Shown: positions 19,769-28,940, counted from the stretch's first letter. The stretch: DNA of 64,000 nucleotides from Candidatus Gottesmanbacteria bacterium (GCA_016186795.1 JACPKY010000002.1:154593-218592); one strand, 5' to 3'. Numbers and translations are program-made. The notes: generated from the letters alone by a model not told the origin.

Positions 19769-20410
19769 TTAGAGATCAATGGGTGGGGAGTTTTCAAATT
19801 CGGTATTTTCAATCATTGCCATGAAGTGGCGCACCTTTCCTGCCCAGGTATGAGAAGGTGGAGCGTAGATTCTGCTCATTTTTTCCGGCGTATCAAGTCC
19901 CCGATCGAAATAACGGTATCGAAGTGTCCGAGAGACTATATAGACTGCGTGTGAAAGATTATCGAAACTAGAGTTTCCGTTGTTCCAACCCCAACAGTTT
20001 GATGATCCAGAAGGAATACGGCGACAAAATCCAGATTCTACACCCGAAATGGCTGCAACAAGAGTCCAAGGTAGATTGTACGCATCTGCAGTTGAAACGA
20101 GAAGTTCTGCATGCGTACTTAGGGGTGAATTATGTGCTTCAAAAAAACGTTCGAGCTTCTCAACACGTATATCATCCTGAGGTTGAGATACAATCTCCAT
20201 TTTTACTTGAGCGGAGCCATCTATAGAGGGTTGTTGAGCATAGACAGAAGGTGAACCACTCAAGGCCGTTATCAGAACTGAAATACAAGCAATATACCCT
20301 TCACAGTTGAAATTGTTACGGGTATAACTCCTTCTAGACTGATTTAGCAACATTTTTCTAGCGAAAAAGTTGCAAAAAGCAGTAAGAAGGGATATAAATA
20401 CTTTTTTCAT
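19769..20410 (-). CDS. Secreted/membrane-anchored hypothetical protein, possibly a glucosaminidase/lysozyme-like peptidoglycan hydrolase. Paralog of 20585..21175.
   Basis: N-terminal hydrophobic segment. Shares with its neighbour the motif block A(I)xxxESG(x)CRxIP...NCWGxxxG. Confidence 0.45.
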   Translation of the reverse strand: MKKVFISLLTAFCNFFARKMLLNQSRRSYTRNNFNCEGYIACISVLITALSGSPSVYAQQPSIDGSAQVKMEIVSQPQDDIRVEKLERFFEAHNSPLSTHAELLVSTADAYNLPWTLVAAISGVESGFCRRIPSGSSNCWGWNNGNSSFDNLSHAVYIVSRTLRYRYFDRGLDTPEKMSRIYAPPSHTWAGKVRHFMAMIENTEFENSPPIDL

Positions 20411-20584
20411 ATTATAGTTATTGGGCAGAAATTATTTAATGCTATACTGGGAAACTCTCCTTCTCCGCCAGCTGGCGGATCAGGATCGCTAACCAGTCAT
20501 CAAAAAATCCTAAAGCCGTTCCGATGCAATGATCGGAATAACCTTAGGATCTAAAGTGGTATTATATCATATATTATAGGCTTG

Positions 20585-21175
20585 TCAAGAGGCAGGAGTT
20601 TGCTGTTCGTATTGATGAATTTTACTCATAAAGAAATTTACTGAGTATGACCATGATCCGCTGCTTTTTGGAGTCCACTTATTCTCAAGAAGTGTGGGAT
20701 TTGTCAAACCGCTTTTTATATAGGTTTCCTTAATTGTTTTCGCTACTCTATCAAATGCCTCAGGGTAGGATGAAAACCGAGTAACTTTCGACCCATATAT
20801 TCCGTATCCCCAGCAGTTATGTGAATTCTCAGGAATGGTCCTACATCCGCCTGATTCCTGCATGGCAATAGCTGGTAAGAGCGCATAATCAAGACCGTAC
20901 GTATCTGCGACAGTCACAAGATCTTCAGCATGGTTTAGAAGGGGTGAGTTTATTTCCTGTAAGAATCGGTGTAATGCAGAAATACGTATATCACGAGTCG
21001 GTGGATTTTGGACGAGAATTGGATTTACCGTTATCGCGTTTACTTCATCGGCAAGTGCAATAGATGAGAGAGAAAGATTTGGACTTACCCGTTTTTCTTG
21101 GAAAAGAAGAGTCAATGACATACCTAAAAGCAGTAGTGTTACCGGAAACCACATGAGATATATGAGTAGTTTCAT
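20585..21175 (-). CDS. Secreted hypothetical protein, paralog of 19769..20410
   Basis: Signal-peptide-like N-terminus. Contains LPAIAMQESGGCRTIPENSHNCWGYGIYG. Confidence 0.45.
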   Translation of the reverse strand: MKLLIYLMWFPVTLLLLGMSLTLLFQEKRVSPNLSLSSIALADEVNAITVNPILVQNPPTRDIRISALHRFLQEINSPLLNHAEDLVTVADTYGLDYALLPAIAMQESGGCRTIPENSHNCWGYGIYGSKVTRFSSYPEAFDRVAKTIKETYIKSGLTNPTLLENKWTPKSSGSWSYSVNFFMSKIHQYEQQTPAS

Positions 21176-21223
21176 GTGTCGGATAGAATGCCATAGGATA
21201 GGTTGTCTGTCAAGTTTCTGAGG

Positions 21224-21796
21224 CTATTTCTGGCTTTCCCGTTCGAGATATTCCCCTGTTTGAGGATTAACTGAGATGACATCACCTGTTTTAATAAAGA
21301 GTGGTACGAGGATAGATGCACCCGTTTCTACGACGACGGTCTTTTTTGCCCCAGTGACAGTGTTTCCTTTGACACCTTCTTCAGCCTCAGAAACGAGGAG
21401 TCTTACTTTTTTCGGTAGTCGCATCCCAATGGGCTCATTATTAAGAAGTTGGATTTGGTATACATCACCTTCTTTTGTAAACTTTGCAAAGTTTCCCAAT
21501 ACCTCTTTTGGGATAGTTATCTGTTCGTACGACCTTGTATCCATACATACGAAATCAAGACCTGATTTATAGAGATACTGCATCTCGTGTACTTCAACAG
21601 GAAGGAGTGTTACCGTTTCGCCAGATTTGTATGTAAACTCTTGAACCCGACCAGTTTTTATGTTTTTCAGTTTCGTGCGGATAAAAGCAGAACCTTTTCC
21701 GGGATTGACAAATTGGAATTCCACAATTTGATTCGGTTCACCTTTGTACTCGATACACATCCCCTTCTCGAATTCTGATGTTGAAATGGTAGCCAT
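21224..21796 (-). CDS. efp: Elongation factor P
   Basis: KPGKGSAFIRTKLKN loop region and overall EF-P sequence. 190 aa. Confidence 0.9.
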   Translation of the reverse strand: MATISTSEFEKGMCIEYKGEPNQIVEFQFVNPGKGSAFIRTKLKNIKTGRVQEFTYKSGETVTLLPVEVHEMQYLYKSGLDFVCMDTRSYEQITIPKEVLGNFAKFTKEGDVYQIQLLNNEPIGMRLPKKVRLLVSEAEEGVKGNTVTGAKKTVVVETGASILVPLFIKTGDVISVNPQTGEYLERESQK

Positions 21797-21842
21797 AGGA
21801 AGGAAAAATAAATTATGTCACACTTTTACCTTTTCGACAAGC

Positions 21843-22919
21843 TTATACGGTTATACGGACACGATTTATTGAATCTTCATCGCAAAAAAGCATAACCAGC
21901 CGGTCAACTCCTAGGGCAACGCCTGTAGATTTCGGCAGTCCAACCTTAAGTGCATCTAAAAAGTCAGAATCAGCAATAACTGGTGTTTTTCCAAGTCTGT
22001 GAATTGTTTGAAGTTCTTTCTGAAAGCGTTTCTCTTGTTCCATCCAATCGGTAAGTTCGCTATAAGAATCGGCAAGCTCAAGCCCCCCAATGTAAAGTTC
22101 AAAACGCTGGGCAAGACGTTTGTCTTTCGGGTGAAGTTTCGAAAGCGCTGCCATTGGAGCAGGATAGTCGTATAAAATAACTGGTTTTTCTAATTTTCGT
22201 ACCTCGGGTTCTACTTCGTTTAGGAAAATCTGGTTAAAAATTTGTTCCCAGCTATCTTTTTTTCCAACAGAATATCCCTTTTTTTGGGCAACAGCAGCAA
22301 TTTTGGACACGGAGAAAATCTGATGGAAGGTTTGTGCACGCTTTTCGGTAATATCGTTAAGACCAATATCAGCATATCGTTCTGTTGCCTCCATAACCGA
22401 GAGATGCGTCCAAGGAAGTTGAAAAGATATGTCTTTCCCTTGATAACATATGAGAGATGCATTCGGAAACTTTCTCTTGTCAAAGGCATGAAGATCAGAT
22501 GCAATTTTTCTTAAAAGGTACTGACAATCACGCATGCTCTGTTTGTAGGTTGCGCTCACTCGATACCACTCGAGAATAGTAAATTCGGGTGTATGCGTTT
22601 GACTGTCTGTCTCACCGTTTCTGAAGCTTCGTGTAATTTCAAAGCAGTTTCTCAGTCCCGCCACAATGAGCTTTTTTTGCGACGCTTCAGGTGAAGCAGT
22701 GAGAAACATTTGTTTTTTTGCTCTTCTTCTATCGAGCTGATCTGTTTTGAAAACTTCAAGATACGATTCGGGAATTACAGTAGGAACAAGAAGTGGTGTT
22801 TCTACCTCAAGAAAGTTTTGTTCTTTAAAGTAGTGTCGTATCGATGCAATAATACGTTCACGGATCTTAAGATTATTGAACAGTTTTGGATCTTTCCTGA
22901 AATCACGCCATGTAGCCAT
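21843..22919 (-). CDS. epmA: EF-P lysyl-transferase EpmA-like protein (class II LysRS catalytic-core paralog)
   Basis: Class II motif 2 FRNEG..HxPEFTxLEWY. 358 aa with no anticodon-binding domain. Adjacent to efp. Confidence 0.6.
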   Translation of the reverse strand: MATWRDFRKDPKLFNNLKIRERIIASIRHYFKEQNFLEVETPLLVPTVIPESYLEVFKTDQLDRRRAKKQMFLTASPEASQKKLIVAGLRNCFEITRSFRNGETDSQTHTPEFTILEWYRVSATYKQSMRDCQYLLRKIASDLHAFDKRKFPNASLICYQGKDISFQLPWTHLSVMEATERYADIGLNDITEKRAQTFHQIFSVSKIAAVAQKKGYSVGKKDSWEQIFNQIFLNEVEPEVRKLEKPVILYDYPAPMAALSKLHPKDKRLAQRFELYIGGLELADSYSELTDWMEQEKRFQKELQTIHRLGKTPVIADSDFLDALKVGLPKSTGVALGVDRLVMLFCDEDSINRVRITV

Positions 22920-22923
22920 AGTA

Positions 22924-24042
22924 TTATGAACATTTTCGTTCTACTCTCTCGGTAAGTGTGGTTATGACTTCGTAGTTGATGGTACCTATTTTCGTGGCAA
23001 CATGCGTTGCCGAAATTTCTTCATTTCCTTGTTTTCCAATAAGAACAACTTCATCTCCGAGGCAAACTTCTGGAATTTTTGTCACATCAATTGATGCTTG
23101 ATCCATGGAAACACGCCCAATGATTTTTGCTCTTTTCCCCTTAATAAGCACCTCTCCCCAATTTCGCGGTGCACGTCGAAATCCGTCACCATATCCTACA
23201 GCAAGGGTAGCAACGAGCATTTTCTGTGAAGCTGTAAATGTACCGCCGTAGCCAACTGACTCACCTTTTCTGATTTGTCGAATCTGAGTCACAATTGTTT
23301 TGAAAGAAAGGACAGGGTGAAGGTTTACCGGAAGTCGAAAATCAGGCGAGGGGGAGAGCCCATAGAGTGCAATTCCCGGACGAACCATGGAAAAATGTGA
23401 TTGGTGAAGTCGAAGTGCTGCTGCACTATTTGCCGCATGAATGACAGGAGGATTTATTCCCTTTTTTGAAAGAGTAGCAAGAAATTCTTGGAAAATTTGC
23501 AGTTGATCGCGGGTAAATGCGAGTGATTTTTCATCTGCACTTGCGAAATGTGTGAATAGTCCCTCAAGGAAAATATTTGGAAATCCCTCGATTTTTTTTA
23601 TAAAATGGAGTGCATCCGAAGGCGCAAGTCCAAGTCGATGCATTCCTGTATCTACCTTAACGTGAATGGGAGCTCGCACCCCATTTTTTCGAGCTATCCT
23701 ATTGAGAGTTTTCAATACTTTTTCATCCATGACATTTAGTCGTAGTTTCAGATTGATCGCTTCTTCGATACTACCTGTATCTGTGTAGTTAAGGATGAGG
23801 ATAGGTTTTGCAATACCAATCTCTCGTAACTCTTGAGCTTCGTCAAGGCATACAACACCAAAAAAGTCTGCCCCAATTTTTCCTGCATGAGGACCGATAC
23901 AGGAAATTCCATGACCGTATGCATTGGCCTTAACAACTGCCATAATCTTGACAGTTGGCCCAATGAGCTTTCGGATGTTTTGAAAGTTGCGGGTATAGTT
24001 TTGCAGATTATTTTCTATCCAACAAAGCCTTTTTTTAACCAT
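22924..24042 (-). CDS. alr: Alanine racemase. Start likely at the internal Met MVKKRL.
   Basis: PLP-lysine motif VVKANAYGHG and C-terminal racemase domain. Confidence 0.8.
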   Translation of the reverse strand: MVKKRLCWIENNLQNYTRNFQNIRKLIGPTVKIMAVVKANAYGHGISCIGPHAGKIGADFFGVVCLDEAQELREIGIAKPILILNYTDTGSIEEAINLKLRLNVMDEKVLKTLNRIARKNGVRAPIHVKVDTGMHRLGLAPSDALHFIKKIEGFPNIFLEGLFTHFASADEKSLAFTRDQLQIFQEFLATLSKKGINPPVIHAANSAAALRLHQSHFSMVRPGIALYGLSPSPDFRLPVNLHPVLSFKTIVTQIRQIRKGESVGYGGTFTASQKMLVATLAVGYGDGFRRAPRNWGEVLIKGKRAKIIGRVSMDQASIDVTKIPEVCLGDEVVLIGKQGNEEISATHVATKIGTINYEVITTLTERVERKCS

Positions 24043-24046
24043 ACGC

Positions 24047-24901
24047 TTATCCCAATTCAAATGTCGTAACTCCGAAAATATTCTGTAAGTGAAGATGAGG
24101 TTCTGGTCCTTTGTACATACGTGCTGTTTCAAACATAGGGGTCATGGAATGATCTTTTGCAATTTTTACAGCATGTGGATTTACTTCGGGAACATCAAGG
24201 AAGATGGAAGCGTTTTCTTCAATGGAATTACTGAGTGCTTGAAAAAGAGTTTCTGCAATATCAGGACTTTCAGCAAAAAGAGGACCGATTTTGTATCCGT
24301 ATGTACATTTTCGAATTACTCCATACCCTATGAGATTATCTCGGTGAATAATTCCTAAAGCAGTATGGTCTGATTGCTTTATAAAACAGCGTAAAAACGA
24401 TGGTCTTGGTGCAGGGAAATGCAATCGATCGTATGTGAGGACTTTTTCAAAGGGAATAGAGGAAATAGTGACAATATCCTTAGCGGAGAATTTATACCGT
24501 TGATTCTTTCCATGAAAGCGGATGTTCCGAGAGAAGAATTTAAAGCCTGACTTTTTGTAATTTTCCTGTTGTGCAACTACTCCATCGAGTCCAATAGTGG
24601 TTATCCTATCCAATTTTTCCATCGCCTTTTTCCAAATTTTTAATCCATACCCTTTGCCACGAAAATCTGGATGGACAAGGTATAATCCGAGGAAAGCGAA
24701 ACTGCGGTTATACGATACCGCAGAGATACATGATATCGGTATACCATCAAGAAGTCCTAACAAATACCCTTTCGGATCTGTCACATAAAAGCATTCTGCA
24801 TCATGGACCCCTGGGTTCCAGCCTTCGTGGAATGCCCAGTCAAGAGCCGCACCAAGATCGCTTTTTGCCATTGTCCGGATCGTATAAGAATAGTTTTTCA
24901 T
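24047..24901 (-). CDS. GNAT family N-acetyltransferase (two GNAT-like halves, YitI-like)
   Basis: HPDFRGKGYGLKIWKKA acetyl-CoA binding motif (R/Q-x-x-G-x-G/A). Confidence 0.65.
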   Translation of the reverse strand: MKNYSYTIRTMAKSDLGAALDWAFHEGWNPGVHDAECFYVTDPKGYLLGLLDGIPISCISAVSYNRSFAFLGLYLVHPDFRGKGYGLKIWKKAMEKLDRITTIGLDGVVAQQENYKKSGFKFFSRNIRFHGKNQRYKFSAKDIVTISSIPFEKVLTYDRLHFPAPRPSFLRCFIKQSDHTALGIIHRDNLIGYGVIRKCTYGYKIGPLFAESPDIAETLFQALSNSIEENASIFLDVPEVNPHAVKIAKDHSMTPMFETARMYKGPEPHLHLQNIFGVTTFELG

Positions 24902-24931
24902 TACGCGCTTGAGGGATATTATAGCAGTTTA

Positions 24932-25534
24932 ATGAATTTTGCTAACGGAGTCAGATCAGTGCGGAGAAAATTTCCGAAGGAATTCTCGGTAATGTCTGTG
25001 AGCCAGCTGCCCCGTGATTGGAACCGTTCTCTACTTGCTAGCGTACTTCGAGTTTACCATAAATTAATAGATCTGGGACTTGATATAATCATGGAAATGG
25101 ATAACAGACGAGTATCAATTGACGAGATTATTAAATACTTGGAAGAAATCGATGCTGTTGGAAAAAAGGATGGATTTCCGAGAAATCCATATCTACCCGA
25201 TGTGCTTAGAGCCTATTCTAACTGGGAATTAAGAGATCTGACGGAGGATGAGTTTACAAGGTTAATCCTTCCTGACGGGTCAGGATTACTAATTAGAGAT
25301 AAGGACTTGGCTTCAGTTCTGGGTGACGATAGCATCCTTGTGACTCAAAAGTATCTGCTAAAACTTAATCGCGGAGAAGACTTAACACCTCTGATTATAA
25401 GGATTCCTTTGGAGAATAATCCACAAAATGCATCATTTTACATAGAAGATGGTGCGCATCGCGCAATAGCAGCTAAAGTATATTTTGAGAAAAAACCATA
25501 TAAACCTATAAAGGCGTATATAGGAAATAAATAA
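24932..25534 (+). CDS. ParB/Sulfiredoxin-like nuclease-domain protein. Start inferred at 24932.
   Basis: C-terminal LIIRIPLE...FYIEDGAHRAIAAKVYF matches the ParB N-terminal-domain DGxHR motif. Plus-strand gene in a minus-strand neighbourhood. Confidence 0.5.
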   Translation: MNFANGVRSVRRKFPKEFSVMSVSQLPRDWNRSLLASVLRVYHKLIDLGLDIIMEMDNRRVSIDEIIKYLEEIDAVGKKDGFPRNPYLPDVLRAYSNWELRDLTEDEFTRLILPDGSGLLIRDKDLASVLGDDSILVTQKYLLKLNRGEDLTPLIIRIPLENNPQNASFYIEDGAHRAIAAKVYFEKKPYKPIKAYIGNK

Positions 25535-25581
25535 TACCGAATCTCAAATTATTAAGAGGTAGATCTTGATGTAATCGAACC

Positions 25582-27024
25582 ATGAATATTGGAAGAAATG
25601 ATAGATGCCCCTGTGGTAGTGGGCTGAAATATAAAAAGTGCCATTTAGGCAGATCGCTTTATGTTTATCCTGAGCCGTTCAAAGGGCGTTCTATTAGAGA
25701 ACGAAATCTTATTCTTCTAAATGCGATTGAAGATATTTTCTTCGGAAAAGGAGAAGATTGGGAAGCAATGCGTCATTCCATCACGGAAGACAAAGTAAAA
25801 GAATTTTATAGAGTAATGGCTTGGTTATGGCCTCCCCAAACAGATATTACCCCGCTGCTTCCAAAGCCTGATGCGACTCTTAGGGGATTGTATACAGGAG
25901 ACACCAGACCGCAGGAGATTTTACAGAACATTGTCCGGTACAGCCTTTATACAGAAGAAATTATCGTGGTTAGTCCATTCCTTGCTCCACTTACTATGAA
26001 GCCTGAATTTAGCCCCATTTACGCTCCGGGCAAATATAGACAGGATACATTAGAGCTTATCTACTTTGCCTATGCTTTGGCTCCATGGATTGAGGCCGGT
26101 ATTGTGAATATGATACCAAACCCCATGGATTTTGACTTCCGCTTGAGAAAAGAAATCTACGGCATGGCAGAGAAAAGATATGAGTCAAATAAAGCACAAT
26201 ATGACGCTGAATTACATGAAATGTCGGAAGAAGAGGGTAAGAAAGAATTCAAAAGGATGTACATGAGAATGCCCGAAGGAGCTCTTAGAAGAAAAATGAA
26301 AGACTTTAAGCCGAATGCAACGCAAAAGGAAATTGACGATCAAGTTGACTACATGTTAAGACAACGAAAAAACGATCCACTTCTCCTCGATGAAGAAATG
26401 ACTGGAGAGGCAGAAATGAGAATAAAAAGGATGGGAGCAAATCTTGAGCTTGGTCTTTATCTCGGACAAGCAACGGGTTCTTATCTTTACACGAATAGAA
26501 AATTCCAGTGGAATGAAATCATGTCCGCAAAACAACAGGCGACTGATGACTCTGATCTTTGGAGTCCTCTCACAAGAGCTTTCCAAACACTAGATTTTAC
26601 CTTTCTTAACGATGTTGATCCCGAATTTGCGTACAAGCTTAAAGAAGAGGGAAGATTGGGTGGTTTCAGGAATTACCTGCGTAAAGTCTGGCATAAGATA
26701 GAGGAAGACAACACACCTGCCCAAGCGAATAGTGCAGCACGGGAATTTGGAGACGAATTGCATGATGAATATGAAAAGACTAAAGAAGAATGGGCAAAAA
26801 TTGATAAATCAATTGTGGATTGGACACTGGGGACGACTGGAGTCTCAACAGTGGTAACGCCTTTTATTACAGGAGGATTGGACTGGATTGTTCCCGCTGT
26901 TGGTTTCTCTATAGCAGGAGTCGGGCAACTCCTCTCAGCGAGATATAAAAGAAAAGAGTTTCGTGCAAATGTACCTCTTGCCGTACTTTTGGATTTAGAA
27001 AAGAAGCGCAAATTGTTAAAATAA
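25582..27024 (+). CDS. SEC-C zinc-finger domain protein with a large uncharacterised domain and a C-terminal hydrophobic segment
   Basis: N-terminal RCPCGSGLKYKKCH SEC-C metal-binding motif. 480 aa. C-terminal VVTPFITGGLDWIVPAVGFSIAGVG is TM-like. Confidence 0.5.
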   Translation: MNIGRNDRCPCGSGLKYKKCHLGRSLYVYPEPFKGRSIRERNLILLNAIEDIFFGKGEDWEAMRHSITEDKVKEFYRVMAWLWPPQTDITPLLPKPDATLRGLYTGDTRPQEILQNIVRYSLYTEEIIVVSPFLAPLTMKPEFSPIYAPGKYRQDTLELIYFAYALAPWIEAGIVNMIPNPMDFDFRLRKEIYGMAEKRYESNKAQYDAELHEMSEEEGKKEFKRMYMRMPEGALRRKMKDFKPNATQKEIDDQVDYMLRQRKNDPLLLDEEMTGEAEMRIKRMGANLELGLYLGQATGSYLYTNRKFQWNEIMSAKQQATDDSDLWSPLTRAFQTLDFTFLNDVDPEFAYKLKEEGRLGGFRNYLRKVWHKIEEDNTPAQANSAAREFGDELHDEYEKTKEEWAKIDKSIVDWTLGTTGVSTVVTPFITGGLDWIVPAVGFSIAGVGQLLSARYKRKEFRANVPLAVLLDLEKKRKLLK

Positions 27025-27102
27025 ATTCGCTAGCTGGGATTGGAACCATTTGGCTTCAGAAAATGAAGAACACAAATGAATCTATAAAATTTAGCTTCGA
27101 TG

Positions 27103-27257
27103 TGAGCCCAGGAGGTCTCGAACCTCCAACCGATCCGCCGCTAGAGTGAGCCGCCTGAGAATCGAACTCAGAACCGACTCCTTAAGAGGGAGTTGCTCTA
27201 CCAATTGAGCTAGCGGCCCCCTTTGGCGGATTGCTCTACCAGTTGAGCTATAGGCCC
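27103..27257 (-). other. Split tRNA-like sequence (5' half and 3' half) flanking the tRNA-Lys gene
   Basis: 5' half GGGCCTA-TA-GCTCAACTGGTAGAGC-A-ATCCGCC. 3' half GGCGGAT-CGGTT-GGAGGTTCGAGACCTCC-TGGGCTC-A. Acceptor halves and the ATCCGCC/GGCGGAT pair are complementary. Confidence 0.55.
27147..27219 (-). tRNA. tRNA-Lys (anticodon CTT)
   Basis: Manual fold: GGGCCGC/GCGGCTC acceptor, GCTC-AATTGGTA-GAGC D arm, anticodon loop CTCTTAA, T arm CTGAG-TTCGATT-CTCAG. No CCA encoded. Confidence 0.75.
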
Positions 27258-27285
27258 AGGATCTGAATATACTTTGCATTTTATG

Positions 27286-28788
27286 TTATTTCAATCCTAA
27301 TTTCCACCGCAGAAATAGGGTAAGTGAAAATGTCGTGCGAAGGTTTTTTTGTTCCCATTGGGAAATAAGACCGTTATAGAGATTTTCCTGATTTACATTT
27401 AGCCAAGGGGAGCCCCGATCACGGATTAAATCTTTGTCAAGAACAACAACCGGATGCTCATTCACCATAGTGATAACAGGAAGATCACTCAAACAATTTT
27501 TACAATGAATTCCTACTGGTACTCCGCTTCTATTACCCAAGGTTGTTTGTGAAAGAAGAAGACTTATGGGATAGCTGATATCAGAATTGAGCCAGCTATA
27601 ATCATACAGGGCAATTTTTTGATTGGGAAAGTATGAAGTAATTTTTTGGAGGGCATCCTGATATTGTCTGAGATGATTAGTTTGGTGTGGTAAAATTTTC
27701 ACCAAAAAAAATATATTACCCATGACAAGTATAGCTAATAAAATAATTGTAAATATCTTAGAGAGCTTTGATAGAACATATGAAGAGGCAAAAAGGATAA
27801 ACGGTACCAGATAAATCATATACCCCTCAAACCGTTCTCCCCGGTAATATCGATTGATTCCAAGAAGTAGGAAAAATATGGAAAAAATCACAAGGCTGGG
27901 GTGAGTGAATCGTTTTCTTATCCAAAGATAAATACATCCGAAACCTACAAAAATCTCACTGAGGATTCCGAGAGATTTATATCCCCCACTTACGTACGAC
28001 CAATAGGTAGGCAGGTAGTTCCCGATAAATAATTTCCAGCTGTTCGGAGTATAGATCCGATATTGCGCAATCAAAATATAATCAAGCAAGTTTCCGGTAT
28101 TGGCAAATTGCTGGTGAGAATCCCAATAGAGAAGCGGTAGTTGGGTTAGGATTAAGCCTGCAAAAAAAGAAAAGAACGCATATATTTTTTGCCTCAATGA
28201 TACAGGCAGGAAAAAAACTGCTGGAGCAAAAAGAAGAAGATTCAATCCCTGATAGTGCATACTTACGGCAGTTCCTGTTGCAACACCCGCCGCAAGGAAG
28301 TAAATAATCCGTCTCTTTTTATAAAAGAGTACAAAGAAAAGAAGCGCAAGTGTGCCAAAAAGCGCAACATAGGAATGCTGGCCTAATACAACTGAACGCA
28401 ACACAAGCTGAGGCGAGGAAGCGGCAAGAAGACCAATAATTATTGCCATTCTCCTGCCGCCTGTCAAATACCCGATGCCAAGAAATACTCCAACCGTCCC
28501 AATACTCAGCAAAAGCGTCACCACATACGGGGTTTCAAGAGAGTGAGGAAAAAGAAATTTGCTGGCAATAATGATCCAGTAAAAAAGTGGACCAAAAACG
28601 AAAGGCCCGGCTGAGCTAAATGATCCAAATTGAGGAAGTCTCTGGCGTATCAGAGATTCTTGGGCGATCATGATATCCCGGGCGTCATCGCTCCCTAAAC
28701 CAAAGCGCTCAGGAAAGTGATACATCCGAAGAAATGCTGCGAGAAGAAGGATGAGTGATAAAAGAAGATAGAAATAAGTAGTTTTCAT
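27286..28788 (-). CDS. Membrane glycosyltransferase, family 39 / ArnT-PMT-like
   Basis: 500 aa polytopic membrane protein. N-terminal LLAAFLRMYHF...GSDDARD loop resembles the ArnT/PMT family. Confidence 0.55.
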   Translation of the reverse strand: MKTTYFYLLLSLILLLAAFLRMYHFPERFGLGSDDARDIMIAQESLIRQRLPQFGSFSSAGPFVFGPLFYWIIIASKFLFPHSLETPYVVTLLLSIGTVGVFLGIGYLTGGRRMAIIIGLLAASSPQLVLRSVVLGQHSYVALFGTLALLFFVLFYKKRRIIYFLAAGVATGTAVSMHYQGLNLLLFAPAVFFLPVSLRQKIYAFFSFFAGLILTQLPLLYWDSHQQFANTGNLLDYILIAQYRIYTPNSWKLFIGNYLPTYWSYVSGGYKSLGILSEIFVGFGCIYLWIRKRFTHPSLVIFSIFFLLLGINRYYRGERFEGYMIYLVPFILFASSYVLSKLSKIFTIILLAILVMGNIFFLVKILPHQTNHLRQYQDALQKITSYFPNQKIALYDYSWLNSDISYPISLLLSQTTLGNRSGVPVGIHCKNCLSDLPVITMVNEHPVVVLDKDLIRDRGSPWLNVNQENLYNGLISQWEQKNLRTTFSLTLFLRWKLGLK

Positions 28789-28804
28789 GAGAGCCTATTA
28801 CTTG

Positions 28805-28876
28805 CGCCTCTGAAGGGAATCGAACCCCCATCTGCGGTTCCGAAGACCGCTGCTTTATCCATTAAGCTACAGAGGC
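28805..28876 (-). tRNA. tRNA-Arg (anticodon TCG)
   Basis: Manual fold: GCCTCTG/CAGAGGC acceptor, anticodon loop CTTCGGA, T loop TTCGATT. Confidence 0.7.
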
Positions 28877-28940
28877 ATGCCTAAATTATATCATCAAACT
28901 CCATTGAATAGAACTTTTAAATGCGTATAATTGAAAGGCT

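Noticed and set aside
27103-27257. Group I intron in a tRNA anticodon loop
   Set aside because: The intervening sequence is only about 85 nt and is itself a canonical tRNA-Lys. Bacterial tRNA group I introns are over 200 nt with conserved P/Q/R/S elements that are absent here.
27091-27279. 62-aa minus-strand ORF
   Set aside because: Lies entirely over the tRNA-Lys / split-tRNA region. Its 'codons' are tRNA sequence, so it is not a protein gene.
24932-27285. Integrated mobile element with integrase or transposase
   Set aside because: No integrase, transposase or recombinase ORF was detected anywhere in the window. The accessory pair and tRNA scars may be remnants, but an intact mobile element cannot be supported.
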